From positions 1 to 59,486 of the forward strand of contig DATELP010000107.1 of NCBI GenBank assembly GCA_035276425.1: a stretch of 59,486 bases of DNA. The letters run 5' to 3'. Positions 27,583 to 35,776 of the stretch are shown here, piece by piece. The notes below the pieces were generated by a model. That model worked only from the letters and a program-made list of their open reading frames with translations, made no database searches and was not told where the DNA came from. Source of the stretch: Pyrinomonadaceae bacterium (GTDB lineage Bacteria > Acidobacteriota > Blastocatellia > Pyrinomonadales > Pyrinomonadaceae). Numbering within the stretch: the first letter of the stretch is position 1; each line of letters opens with the position of its first letter. A program made the position numbers and the translations under genes.

Positions 27583-28326
27583 TCAAAAAGACGGCGGCGG
27601 TGGCGGCAGGTTCGAAGCCACCTGAGTAGGATCGCTCAGTCCAAACACCCGTTCATACGCAACTGCGATCGCGCCGTACTGAATCGGAATCACCAGAAAC
27701 GCGCCGACATAACACAGCAGCAAACCGACGAAAGATAGAAGACCGGTCAACAGCGTCATTCCCAGAATGCGCCAGAAGTTTGCCATCGCCGCTTTGAAGC
27801 TCAACTTGATCGCGTCCATGGCTTGCAGTTTTCGATCGACAATCAACGTGTAGCTAAACGTGAATCCGATCGAGATGAAGATGATGAGAATGATCATCAC
27901 AAACCAGAAGATCGCAAACATGCCCATCACACCGAGCATTGCGGCCGGGTTCGGCTCGTTACCCTGCACGGCGATCGACAGCACGAAGCCGACGTAGAAC
28001 ACGATGTATGACGGAACAACGATCATCAGAACCGGAATCATGTGCAGCAGCGTGGCCACCAGGCTTGGTCCAAAGAAGTCGAACCCTTTGAAGAGCATCC
28101 CAAACTCAAATGGCTCATTGCGCATCTTCTTGAAGAAGATCATGTAAATGCCGCACATCATCGGCCCCATCAGAATGCCGAAAGGCACGGCCGAGGCGAC
28201 CAAAAGTCCTACCGCACAGATACCAACAAACAGCCAGTACTGATCCCTGATCAGCTCGTACGCGTCTTTAATGCATTGAACCGGTTGTATAGCGTTTCGG
28301 CGAAATTCGATTAGAGGGGTCGACAT
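27583..28326 (-). CDS. Polytopic membrane protein of unknown function (Pro-rich C-terminus)
   Basis: About 5-6 hydrophobic segments, tightly packed inside the urate operon. Confidence 0.6.
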   Translation of the reverse strand: MSTPLIEFRRNAIQPVQCIKDAYELIRDQYWLFVGICAVGLLVASAVPFGILMGPMMCGIYMIFFKKMRNEPFEFGMLFKGFDFFGPSLVATLLHMIPVLMIVVPSYIVFYVGFVLSIAVQGNEPNPAAMLGVMGMFAIFWFVMIILIIFISIGFTFSYTLIVDRKLQAMDAIKLSFKAAMANFWRILGMTLLTGLLSFVGLLLCYVGAFLVIPIQYGAIAVAYERVFGLSDPTQVASNLPPPPPSF

Positions 28327-28353
28327 TCAGATTTTCCTTAGGGGTCAGGATAT

Positions 28354-29232
28354 TTACGATCTTGCAGTTACGAGAAAATCGACAAGCAGATTCGCGGCAA
28401 CGCGGAGTCGATAGTCCGCAGTTGAGCGTATATCGTCGATCGGAACGATCTCGCGCAGCAGAGTTTCGCGAGCGAGTTTCACGGTGTCGTCGTTGATCTG
28501 TTGGCCACGGATCGCGGCTTCCGTTTGTTTGCAGCGAAGAACGATCGGCGCAACGCTGCCGAGTACGACGCGCACATCCGCGACGCGCGTGTCTTCCATT
28601 CTCGCAACGCCGGCGAAGCAGACTTTCGAGATCGCCTGTGCTTTGCGCGTGCCGACTTTGCGATAGTAATGAAGAATAGGTCGTATCGGACCGATAGGAC
28701 CTATGCGCGGCAGTCGAATGCGCGACAGCAATTCATCAGCGCGCATCGTCATCTGCTTGTAGCCGGTGTGAAAGCCGTCATAAGGAAGCCACCGTGAGCC
28801 ACTGCTCGAGACCAGCTCAATCTCCGCGTCGTAAGCCAACAGCGCCGGTGGCGAATCGGCCGCGGGTGAAGCATTGACGACGTTTCCACCAAGCGTGCCC
28901 CGGTTTTGAATTGCTAGCCCGCCCGTTTCACTCGCCGCCTGACAAAGCATCGGAAACTCACGCTGCAACACCTCGTTCGCCTGCACTTCCGTGTACGTTG
29001 TCAAAGCGCCCAGCGTCACGTATTCGTCCGTGATCTCAATGCCGCGCAATTCGCGCAAAGGCCAGATATTGACGTAATTGCGATGCGACAGTTTGCCGGC
29101 TTCGAGCAGGACCATCAGATCCGTCCCGCCCGCAAATGGTTTCCAAACACCCGGTTCGTTGCCGATAAGAGCGAGAGCGTCGTGGAGTGAAGCGGGTGTG
29201 GTTAGTTGATAGCCGGGAACGTAAGCTCTCAT
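28354..29232 (-). CDS. Xanthine dehydrogenase / CO dehydrogenase family FAD-binding (medium) subunit
   Basis: FAGGTDLMVLLEAG and TLGGNVVNASPAADS motifs. Its ATG overlaps the stop of the FeS subunit (ATGA). Confidence 0.85.
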   Translation of the reverse strand: MRAYVPGYQLTTPASLHDALALIGNEPGVWKPFAGGTDLMVLLEAGKLSHRNYVNIWPLRELRGIEITDEYVTLGALTTYTEVQANEVLQREFPMLCQAASETGGLAIQNRGTLGGNVVNASPAADSPPALLAYDAEIELVSSSGSRWLPYDGFHTGYKQMTMRADELLSRIRLPRIGPIGPIRPILHYYRKVGTRKAQAISKVCFAGVARMEDTRVADVRVVLGSVAPIVLRCKQTEAAIRGQQINDDTVKLARETLLREIVPIDDIRSTADYRLRVAANLLVDFLVTARS

Positions 29233-29693
29233 TTTTGACAGGCCTGAACAACCGACTCGAAAATTTTCATGTAGCCGGTGCAGCGGCAAAGATTGCCGGC
29301 GAGTCCGGTGCGAATGTCGGCTTCAGTGGGCGACGGGTTGCGTTCGAGCAGATCGATCGCCGCCAGAATCATCCCCGGAGTACAAATACCACATTGCGCG
29401 CCGCCGTGGTCGATAAATGCTTGTTGCACGGCGTGCAGTTGGTCGCCATTCGCGACGCCTTCAATCGTCGTGATGTCAGCGCCGTTAACCTGAGCCACCG
29501 GTACGAGACACGAATTCACGATCTGCCCGTCGAGCTTCACCGTACACGCGCCGCATTCGCCTTCGCCGCAACCTTCTTTCGTTCCGGTCAGATGCAGCTC
29601 TTCACGCAACACGTCCAACAGCCGCGCCATCGGAAACACTTCGAGTTTGTGTGACTCGCCGTTCACCTTAAACTCGATTTCGGTTTTGGTCAT
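29229..29693 (-). CDS. Xanthine dehydrogenase family (2Fe-2S)-binding small subunit
   Basis: GCGEGECGACTV and GAQCGICTPGM..NLCRCTGY motifs, giving two [2Fe-2S] sites. Confidence 0.9.
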   Translation of the reverse strand: MTKTEIEFKVNGESHKLEVFPMARLLDVLREELHLTGTKEGCGEGECGACTVKLDGQIVNSCLVPVAQVNGADITTIEGVANGDQLHAVQQAFIDHGGAQCGICTPGMILAAIDLLERNPSPTEADIRTGLAGNLCRCTGYMKIFESVVQACQK

Positions 29694-30809
29694 TTAGTTT
29701 ATGTGCAGCGCTTTCCCGACCGTTGGGTCGCGGCGCACGCGCCAGATTTTGGAGTCGAGATAGTAGTGGATAAATGCGTAGCCCCAAAGAAACGAAATGC
29801 CCAACTGAATCGCGAATGATTGTTCGACACCGGCAGCGGCATTCTGCAAACCGAGATAACCGAGCAACTGTCGCGGGCCTTGATAGAGCACACCGAAAAT
29901 GATGCCGAACGCGACGTAGTAAAACACGCGCCGACTGATCAACTCGGCCGCGCCATACTTGTCACGCTTGTCCGCGTACTTCTGATTGTGAAACCAGATC
30001 AACCGGTGATACTGAAAGTTGTGATAGATGGTTAGAATCGCGACGATGGCGATAGGCTTGTGCGGCATCGGCGTCAACAAGACGATCCAGTGCATCGGAA
30101 TCGCGGCCGCGAGCAGCAGGTATTTCGGCACGTCCAACGGCTCGCCTGTGATTGCGCGTTGCACCTGTCGTCCCAGCCAAAGAACGAATAACAGAATCGT
30201 ACCCGTGAGTAGTATTTTCGAAAGACCATTCACGCCGCCGTGCAACACTGCGGGCACACGCGCCATCGCTTCCGGATCGCGTGCGATGAACTCGACGAAC
30301 GGATAGTTAAATGCAAACAGCAGCAACAACCGATCGAGCGCGTTATCGATCCGTGCGAGATCGCCGTTCTTCTTTTTGTACAGCACCATGAAACCGTAGT
30401 GCTGTTTGACGAGATGGTAGTAAGCCCACAGCGCCGCGACAAAGAAAAACACAAGACCGGCGCCCGCGAGCACCATCACTGGACCGATCGCAAAGAACAG
30501 CAGCGAACCCCAAAGCAACCGGCTGCGGTTCTGTCGTTCACTGCGATCGAAATAAGTGCGCGAGAAAGTTCCGAAGACGTGCGGCGCGTCGATGAGTATG
30601 GCCCAAAGCGCCACCATCGGCACGAGCGGCACGAGCCCGCTCACGTAAAGCACGAGCAGTAAATAGCTCGAAACAACCGAACCGATAAACCAAACGAGAT
30701 CGTCGCGCGCGCCGATGATCCAACGCAACGAGATTGCACTGGCGACGGGTTTGGCAACGATTTCGGCAGTGGCGGCCATGGCGAAGTTTGGTTTCGGGGC
30801 TCGCGGCAT
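29694..30809 (-). CDS. Polytopic His-rich membrane protein of unknown function (start 30809 or 30779)
   Basis: About 9 hydrophobic segments with His clusters YYHLVKQH, HNFQYHRLIWFH and IHYY. Its stop codon directly abuts the FeS-subunit start. Confidence 0.6.
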   Translation of the reverse strand: MPRAPKPNFAMAATAEIVAKPVASAISLRWIIGARDDLVWFIGSVVSSYLLLVLYVSGLVPLVPMVALWAILIDAPHVFGTFSRTYFDRSERQNRSRLLWGSLLFFAIGPVMVLAGAGLVFFFVAALWAYYHLVKQHYGFMVLYKKKNGDLARIDNALDRLLLLFAFNYPFVEFIARDPEAMARVPAVLHGGVNGLSKILLTGTILLFVLWLGRQVQRAITGEPLDVPKYLLLAAAIPMHWIVLLTPMPHKPIAIVAILTIYHNFQYHRLIWFHNQKYADKRDKYGAAELISRRVFYYVAFGIIFGVLYQGPRQLLGYLGLQNAAAGVEQSFAIQLGISFLWGYAFIHYYLDSKIWRVRRDPTVGKALHIN

Positions 30810-30862
30810 TCTATCATCGCACGCCGGAATGTTCCGAAGCATTCGAGCTTTTGAAGGATTGC

Positions 30863-30915
30863 GGCCACAAAGAAGCACAAAGATTTGGTGAACACCTTTG
30901 TGCCTTTTAGTGGCT
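30863..30915. repeat. Inverted pair of the 20-nt TTTGTGCC..GTGGCT motif with a 14-nt spacer
   Basis: GGCCACAAAGAAGCACAAAG (30863-30882) and TTTGTGCCTTTTAGTGGCT (30897-30915) match at 15 of 19 positions as an inverted repeat. The right copy abuts the ATG at 30916. Confidence 0.75.
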
Positions 30916-31551
30916 ATGAATTCAACAACTATGGAGAAACAACTCTTTCAAGCGCATCCGTGGCATGGCGTGAGTCCGGGACCGAGAAGTCCCGAATCGC
31001 TCAATGCTTACATCGAGATCGTCCCGACCGATGCAGTGAAGTACGAGCTCGACAAAATATCAGGCCACTTGCGGGTCGATCGTCCGCAGCGTTTCTCGTC
31101 GATGTGCCCGACGCTTTACGGTTTCATCCCGCAAAGCTATTGCGGCCGTGAGGTGGGCGAACTGGTTGAACGGCGCACCGGACGAACCGGCATCGACGGC
31201 GACAAAGATCCGATGGACATCTGCGTATTGTCTGAGAAGACTTTCGCCCAGGGAAATTTCTTCGTGCGCGCGCGGCCGATCGGCGGGTTACGGATGATCG
31301 ATGGAAACCAGGCTGACGACAAGATCATCGCTGTGCTGGAAGACGATCTTGCTTACGGTCGCATTATGGAAGTTTGCGACGTGCCGCAGGGACTCGTCGA
31401 TCGGTTAAAGCACTACTTTCTGAGTTACAAACAGCTTCCGGGTGACGAGCCGAAGAAAGTTGAGATCACGCACGTTTACGATCGGACAGAGGCGCTCGAC
31501 GCGATCACGCGCAGCTTCCGTGATTACAAAGAAGAGTTTGGCCACGGATAG
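30916..31551 (+). CDS. ppa: Inorganic pyrophosphatase (family I)
   Basis: HPWHG, YIEIVPTDAVKYELD, DGDKDPMDICVL and DDKIIAV motifs. An alternative start exists at 30931 (MEKQ). Confidence 0.85.
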   Translation: MNSTTMEKQLFQAHPWHGVSPGPRSPESLNAYIEIVPTDAVKYELDKISGHLRVDRPQRFSSMCPTLYGFIPQSYCGREVGELVERRTGRTGIDGDKDPMDICVLSEKTFAQGNFFVRARPIGGLRMIDGNQADDKIIAVLEDDLAYGRIMEVCDVPQGLVDRLKHYFLSYKQLPGDEPKKVEITHVYDRTEALDAITRSFRDYKEEFGHG

Positions 31552-31570
31552 ACACGGATTTAACGGATCG
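31541..31570 (+). repeat. Three tandem 10-nt CACGGAT units overlapping the ppa stop codon
   Basis: GCCACGGATAGACACGGATTTAACGGATCG. Confidence 0.6.
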
Positions 31571-31576
31571 GGCCGG

Positions 31577-31789
31577 TTAGAAACGCCGCCTGAAGTGTTC
31601 TTCGATCCCGCAGCGGGGACATATCAAACCGCTGCGGGATTCGTCTGTCCACTTGGCGAACGCCAAAGGTTGTGGGTGATGAACGGCGTGGTTATGCCGG
31701 TCCTGCTGCTTTTGCTCAGCAGCCGCCGAACTACAGTGTTTACATAGCCAGCCGTAACCCACGTTGAAGAAGTGGGTAGTCTGGTGCAT
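31577..31789 (-). CDS. Possible small zinc-ribbon protein (70 aa)
   Basis: CKHC ... CPRC pairs. The 3' part coincides with a perfect 12-bp hairpin (31605-31640), so the coding status is doubtful. Confidence 0.3.
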   Translation of the reverse strand: MHQTTHFFNVGYGWLCKHCSSAAAEQKQQDRHNHAVHHPQPLAFAKWTDESRSGLICPRCGIEEHFRRRF

Positions 31790-31815
31790 AAATCAACTGA
31801 TACATAACTGCTTAC

Positions 31816-32964
31816 TTACCTGGCGCTATTGCTCGATTCCATCAACCGCACCGGAACCGACATCCTCCGCCCGTTGCGCCAGATTTGCACTTGCACGACT
31901 TCGCCGATCTGATGTTTGTCGAGGACACGGAACAGATCGTCTGAGTTTCCCACCTTGTCGTTGTCGATGCCCACAATGATATCACCCAATTCGTAATCGC
32001 CCATCTCCGTGGCCGCCATTCCGCGCAGTCCCGCCGTGGCAGCGCCACTGCCGCGTGCGACCTGAATGATCAGCACACCGTCGGTAACCGGAAGATCGAC
32101 TTGATTGCGAAACGCCGCAACGTCGCGTGTGCTGATGCCGAGTTTGGGACGTCGTACCGAACCGAATTTCACGATCTGCGGCACGACTCGTTTCGCAATT
32201 CCGACGGGAACAGCAAAGCCAACACCCGCCGAACTGCCGGACGGCGAAAGAATCTGCGAGTTGATTCCGATCATGCGGCCGCGCGAGTCGAGCAATGGAC
32301 CACCTGAGTTACCGGGATTGATCGACGCGTCGGTTTGAATCGCGCCTTCGATGAGGCGATTGTTACGCGCGCGAATCGGGCGTTGCAGACCGCTGATCAC
32401 GCCGGTCGTTAACGTGCGGTCCAAACCAAACGGATTACCGATCGCCAGAACTTTTTGTCCGACGACCAACTTTTCGGAATCACCCAACGGAATCACGGTT
32501 AGCGGTCCGGCCGGTTTCTCCGTGAGACGAATTACTGCGAGGTCCGTGTCGGGATCGCCACCGACGACTTCCGCCGGATAATCTTTCTTGCCACCGAGAC
32601 TAACCGAAAGCTTTTGCGCGCCTTCGATGACGTGATAGTTCGTCAGGATATTTCCTTCCTGGTCCAGAATCGAACCAGAGCCGGAGCCTTCCTGTTGCTC
32701 GACGTAGCCGAAGAAGTCGCGGGCGTAGGAAGTTGAATGAATGAAGACGACGCCCGGGCTGAGCGTGCGATAGACTTCGATGTTGTTTTGTTCGTCAGTC
32801 GCGGTCGAGGGATCGGTGATTCCCGCCGGCGCATTTTCTGAGAACGCAGCCTCGGAAGACTGCATGCGATTGTTGAAACGATCGACAAGGGTAACGATTC
32901 CGGCGGCGAATATTCCTGAAATAAGAGCGATTAATAAGACCTGGCGTGTGGAAAGTCTGTACAT
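31816..32964 (-). CDS. HtrA/DegP-family serine protease with PDZ domain
   Basis: TNYHVI (His), DLAVI (Asp) and GNSGGPL (Ser) form the catalytic triad, followed by a C-terminal PDZ-like segment. The N-terminal TM follows the ATG at 32964. Confidence 0.88.
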   Translation of the reverse strand: MYRLSTRQVLLIALISGIFAAGIVTLVDRFNNRMQSSEAAFSENAPAGITDPSTATDEQNNIEVYRTLSPGVVFIHSTSYARDFFGYVEQQEGSGSGSILDQEGNILTNYHVIEGAQKLSVSLGGKKDYPAEVVGGDPDTDLAVIRLTEKPAGPLTVIPLGDSEKLVVGQKVLAIGNPFGLDRTLTTGVISGLQRPIRARNNRLIEGAIQTDASINPGNSGGPLLDSRGRMIGINSQILSPSGSSAGVGFAVPVGIAKRVVPQIVKFGSVRRPKLGISTRDVAAFRNQVDLPVTDGVLIIQVARGSGAATAGLRGMAATEMGDYELGDIIVGIDNDKVGNSDDLFRVLDKHQIGEVVQVQIWRNGRRMSVPVRLMESSNSAR

Positions 32965-33100
32965 GGAACTTCTTCCCTCTTTCGGTAGACTCTTTTGCGA
33001 CATCGGCAGCATGGCGCTAGGATGCCTTTCGACCGGGCACTCGTTGTGTCACTCAGTGTTGAACTGGGCCAGAGCGACACAACTTTAAAACGGGTGGCGC

Positions 33101-33161
33101 CTTGAGTTCAAGCTTTAGCTTGTCCGAAAAGCGGCAGCCTAAAGGCTGAACTCAAAACGAG
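33101..33161 (+). repeat. REP-like Y-shaped element, copy B
   Basis: TTGAGTTCAAGCTTTAGCTTG-12 nt-CAGCCTAAAGGCTGAACTCAAAAC. Confidence 0.8.
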
Positions 33162-33193
33162 TAAGTTCTTACTGAAAATCGCCGGGAAGAGTT

Positions 33194-33562
33194 TCACGCA
33201 AACAGCGAAACGAAAGCGCCGGGAAGGCTGCTGACGTACGCAATCACCTGCACCGGCTCCTGCCAGCCGAGCGCGTAACAGCCGGTTGCTGCGTGAATGA
33301 CCATCAGCGCGGCATAGACAACGAGTGCGGCGGAAAGTCCGCGTCTGGCGAGCGGCAAATGCGAGCAGCGGTAAAGTACGAAAGCCGCGAAGCCGCCGAT
33401 GGCGAGTTTGAAAAGCATAAACGAGAGTTCGCTGTGATCGAGCAGGTTGGCCATCAGTGCGTTGCCTTCGGTGGCGACGTTCAGGCGTACCCAAATGATT
33501 GTCAGTTGGGCGTCGAGCCAGTTGAGACCAAAGAGGAGCAAGCTTTTTGAAAGTGTACCCAC
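33194..33562 (-). CDS. Small membrane protein (DUF5658-like)
   Basis: Four hydrophobic segments. LNWLDAQLTIIWV...ATEGNALMANLL resembles DUF5658 from memory. Chosen over the Arg-rich overlapping frame 33108..33578. Confidence 0.55.
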   Translation of the reverse strand: MGTLSKSLLLFGLNWLDAQLTIIWVRLNVATEGNALMANLLDHSELSFMLFKLAIGGFAAFVLYRCSHLPLARRGLSAALVVYAALMVIHAATGCYALGWQEPVQVIAYVSSLPGAFVSLFA

Positions 33563-33719
33563 GTGTACCCCTGTTCAAACTTTGTTTAAACTCGTTCCCT
33601 ATTTACGTCAGAACCCTCAAGCTTGGGGCTCGAGGGTTCATGACGCCACGGGAGGAACGAGACTCGTTCTTATGCTTTATTTAGACGGCGAATTATAACT
33701 CAATTCCGAAAAGCTGGTT

Positions 33720-33781
33720 CGCGTTTTGAGTTCCGCCTTTAGGCGGCATCTGACGAGCAAGCTAAAGCTTGAACTCAGAGC
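33720..33781 (-). repeat. REP-like Y-shaped element, copy C (inverted relative to copy B)
   Basis: The reverse complement reads CTGAGTTCAAGCTTTAGCTTG-11 nt-CCGCCTAAAGGCGGAACTCAAAAC. It ends 1 nt before the prmC ATG. Confidence 0.8.
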
Positions 33782-34636
33782 ATGACGATAATTTCAATAG
33801 CAGAAGCTTTAAAGCGCGCGTCGCGGGAGTTAGACCAGGGTGGCGTGGCGGACGCGCGGCGCGAAGCGAGTGCATTGTTGGAGCATGTGATTAATAAAGA
33901 CCGGACGTTTCTCATCAGTCATGCGGAAGATCAGCTTGGCGAAGAGGAATCGAAACGTTTTGAAAACGCGGTCGCGCGCCGTGCGGCGGGTGAGCCGTCG
34001 CAGTACATCACTGGAACGCAGGATTTTTTCGGACGCGCGTTTCGCGTTACGCCGGACGTGCTGATTCCGCGTCCGGAAACTGAGTTGCTGGTTGAAGCGG
34101 CGTTGGAGTTGATGAAAAGTGATTCTTTGATTTGCGACGTTGGAACTGGATCGGGATGCATCGCGATCACGTTGCTGTGCGAACGTGAGGATGCACGCGC
34201 TGTGGCTGTCGATGTTTCTCAAGCCGCCTTGGAAGTTGCGCGAGAGAATGCGCGCAACCTCCTGGTTCACGACAGAATAGAGTTCAAACTTTCAGACTGT
34301 TTTGCAGCGTTAAGAGCAGGTGAAGATCTGTTTGACGTGATCCTTTCTAACCCGCCCTATGTCTCCGCGAACGCGCTTTCCGGCTTACAGCGCGAAGTCC
34401 GCGATCACGAACCGCTGGTCGCGCTATCACCCGGCGACGACGGCCTAACCGTCATTCGACGTTTACTCAACGACTCACCACGTTTCCTCAGCGAACACGG
34501 CCATCTGCTGATGGAAATCGGTTTCGATCAAGGCGAAACAATCCAACATCTCATCGACCCAAACATCTGGACTCTCAAAGAAATTCGCCCGGACTTACAA
34601 GGCATTCCGCGAATCGTCATCCTCCAAAAGAACTGA
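33782..34636 (+). CDS. prmC: Release-factor glutamine N5-methyltransferase
   Basis: Contains the DVGTGSGCIAI SAM-binding motif and the SNPPY motif. Confidence 0.88.
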   Translation: MTIISIAEALKRASRELDQGGVADARREASALLEHVINKDRTFLISHAEDQLGEEESKRFENAVARRAAGEPSQYITGTQDFFGRAFRVTPDVLIPRPETELLVEAALELMKSDSLICDVGTGSGCIAITLLCEREDARAVAVDVSQAALEVARENARNLLVHDRIEFKLSDCFAALRAGEDLFDVILSNPPYVSANALSGLQREVRDHEPLVALSPGDDGLTVIRRLLNDSPRFLSEHGHLLMEIGFDQGETIQHLIDPNIWTLKEIRPDLQGIPRIVILQKN

Positions 34637-34730
34637 TTTTCCTGTCACAACCCTCAACCTTGTGGTGTTTACGATTCAGAACCGCGAACTGACAAATAAA
34701 CCCCAGACGATGCAAAAGGAGACCGACGTT

Positions 34731-35570
34731 ATGTTGAGGTTTTTAGGACGTAGTGTGCTCGTGGCAGCACTTGTGGCCACTGTCGGCATTTCCGGCCTGG
34801 CCCAAAAGGGCGATAAGCTCAAAATTAAAAAAGATGGTTCGCTCGAGTGCCGCGATAGTTGGTACAACGACCGGCTCGTCGGCAACTGCGAAATTCGCGA
34901 ACAGACGCTCGCGCTCAGCGGCGGCACGATCGCGATCGACGGCAAGCAAAACGGCGGCGTTTCAGTGAAGGGTTGGGACCAGAACCAGGTGTTGGTGCGC
35001 GCACGCGTGCAAACCGGCGCACCAACCGCGGCGGAAGCCGAGTCGCTGTCAAAGGAGATCAGAATCGAAACCAGTGGCGCGAAGATTTATGCGAACGGTC
35101 CTGAGAACCGGCAAAACTACCACTGGGACGTGAGTTACGAAATTTTTGTACCGCGCCGCGCGGACCTTTCGATCGAAACTCACAACGGCGGCATCGCCAT
35201 CAACGAAGTAAACGGCCGCATTGATTTCAGTGCGACAAACGGTGGCGTCGTGCTCCGTCGCGTTGGCGGAACCGTTAAAGGTTCGACCACGAACGGCGGA
35301 TTAGTTATCGAGCTTACCGGCGACCGTTGGGACGGCGAAACACTCGACGTCAGCACGACCAACGGCGGCGTGGTCATGTCGATTCCCGAAAACTATTCGG
35401 CGCACCTGCAAACCGGAACGGTCAACGGCGGCATCAGCATCGACTTTCCGGTCGCCATGGAAGGACGCCGGAAGGAACTCGCCGTGAATCTCGGCGCCGG
35501 CGGCGCGACCGTCAAAGCGATGACCACCAACGGCGGCATACGTATCCAAAAAGCATCGGGAAATCAGTAA
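34731..35570 (+). CDS. DUF4097-like beta-repeat protein (putative adhesin fold), secreted
   Basis: Repeated (T/H)NGG(I/V) strands occur seven times. SD AAGGAG lies 9 nt before the ATG at 34731. Confidence 0.65.
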   Translation: MLRFLGRSVLVAALVATVGISGLAQKGDKLKIKKDGSLECRDSWYNDRLVGNCEIREQTLALSGGTIAIDGKQNGGVSVKGWDQNQVLVRARVQTGAPTAAEAESLSKEIRIETSGAKIYANGPENRQNYHWDVSYEIFVPRRADLSIETHNGGIAINEVNGRIDFSATNGGVVLRRVGGTVKGSTTNGGLVIELTGDRWDGETLDVSTTNGGVVMSIPENYSAHLQTGTVNGGISIDFPVAMEGRRKELAVNLGAGGATVKAMTTNGGIRIQKASGNQ

Positions 35571-35597
35571 AAGTTAACAAGGAAGAGAGCGGTGGTC

Positions 35598-35632
35598 AGG
35601 TGCGACGGGGCGAAATCCTGTCGCACCTTTTC
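35598..35632 (+). terminator. Rho-independent terminator
   Basis: AGGTGCGACGGG / CCTGTCGCACCT stem followed by TTTT. Confidence 0.65.
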
Positions 35633-35635
35633 GTT

Positions 35636-35709
35636 GGAGCGCGGGCGGCTCGCCCGCAAAGGATCAAACCGGGCGCGGTTGTAACTTGCGGGCGAGCCGC
35701 CCGCGCTCC
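35636..35709. repeat. Perfect 24-bp GC-rich inverted repeat with nested hairpins
   Basis: GGAGCGCGGGCGGCTCGCCCGCAA (35636-35659) and TTGCGGGCGAGCCGCCCGCGCTCC (35686-35709). Each arm is itself a 7-bp hairpin (GCGGGCG / CGCCCGC). Confidence 0.8.
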
Positions 35710-35734
35710 GTTGGCTAGGCGCGACCTTTAATGC

Positions 35735-35755
35735 CTCTTGTGCCTTTTGGTGGCT
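35735..35755 (+). repeat. 20-nt TTGTGCC..GTGGCT motif copy, 22 nt upstream of murA
   Basis: The sequence is CTCTTGTGCCTTTTGGTGGCT. Confidence 0.7.
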
Positions 35756-35776
35756 TCATTTAATCTGTCGGGAATC

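Noticed and set aside
33108-33578. 156-aa minus-strand ORF overlapping the DUF5658-like gene in another frame
   Set aside because: The product is Arg-rich (RRHRRQRTDGQPARSQR...). The alternative frame 33194..33562 gives a coherent four-TM protein.
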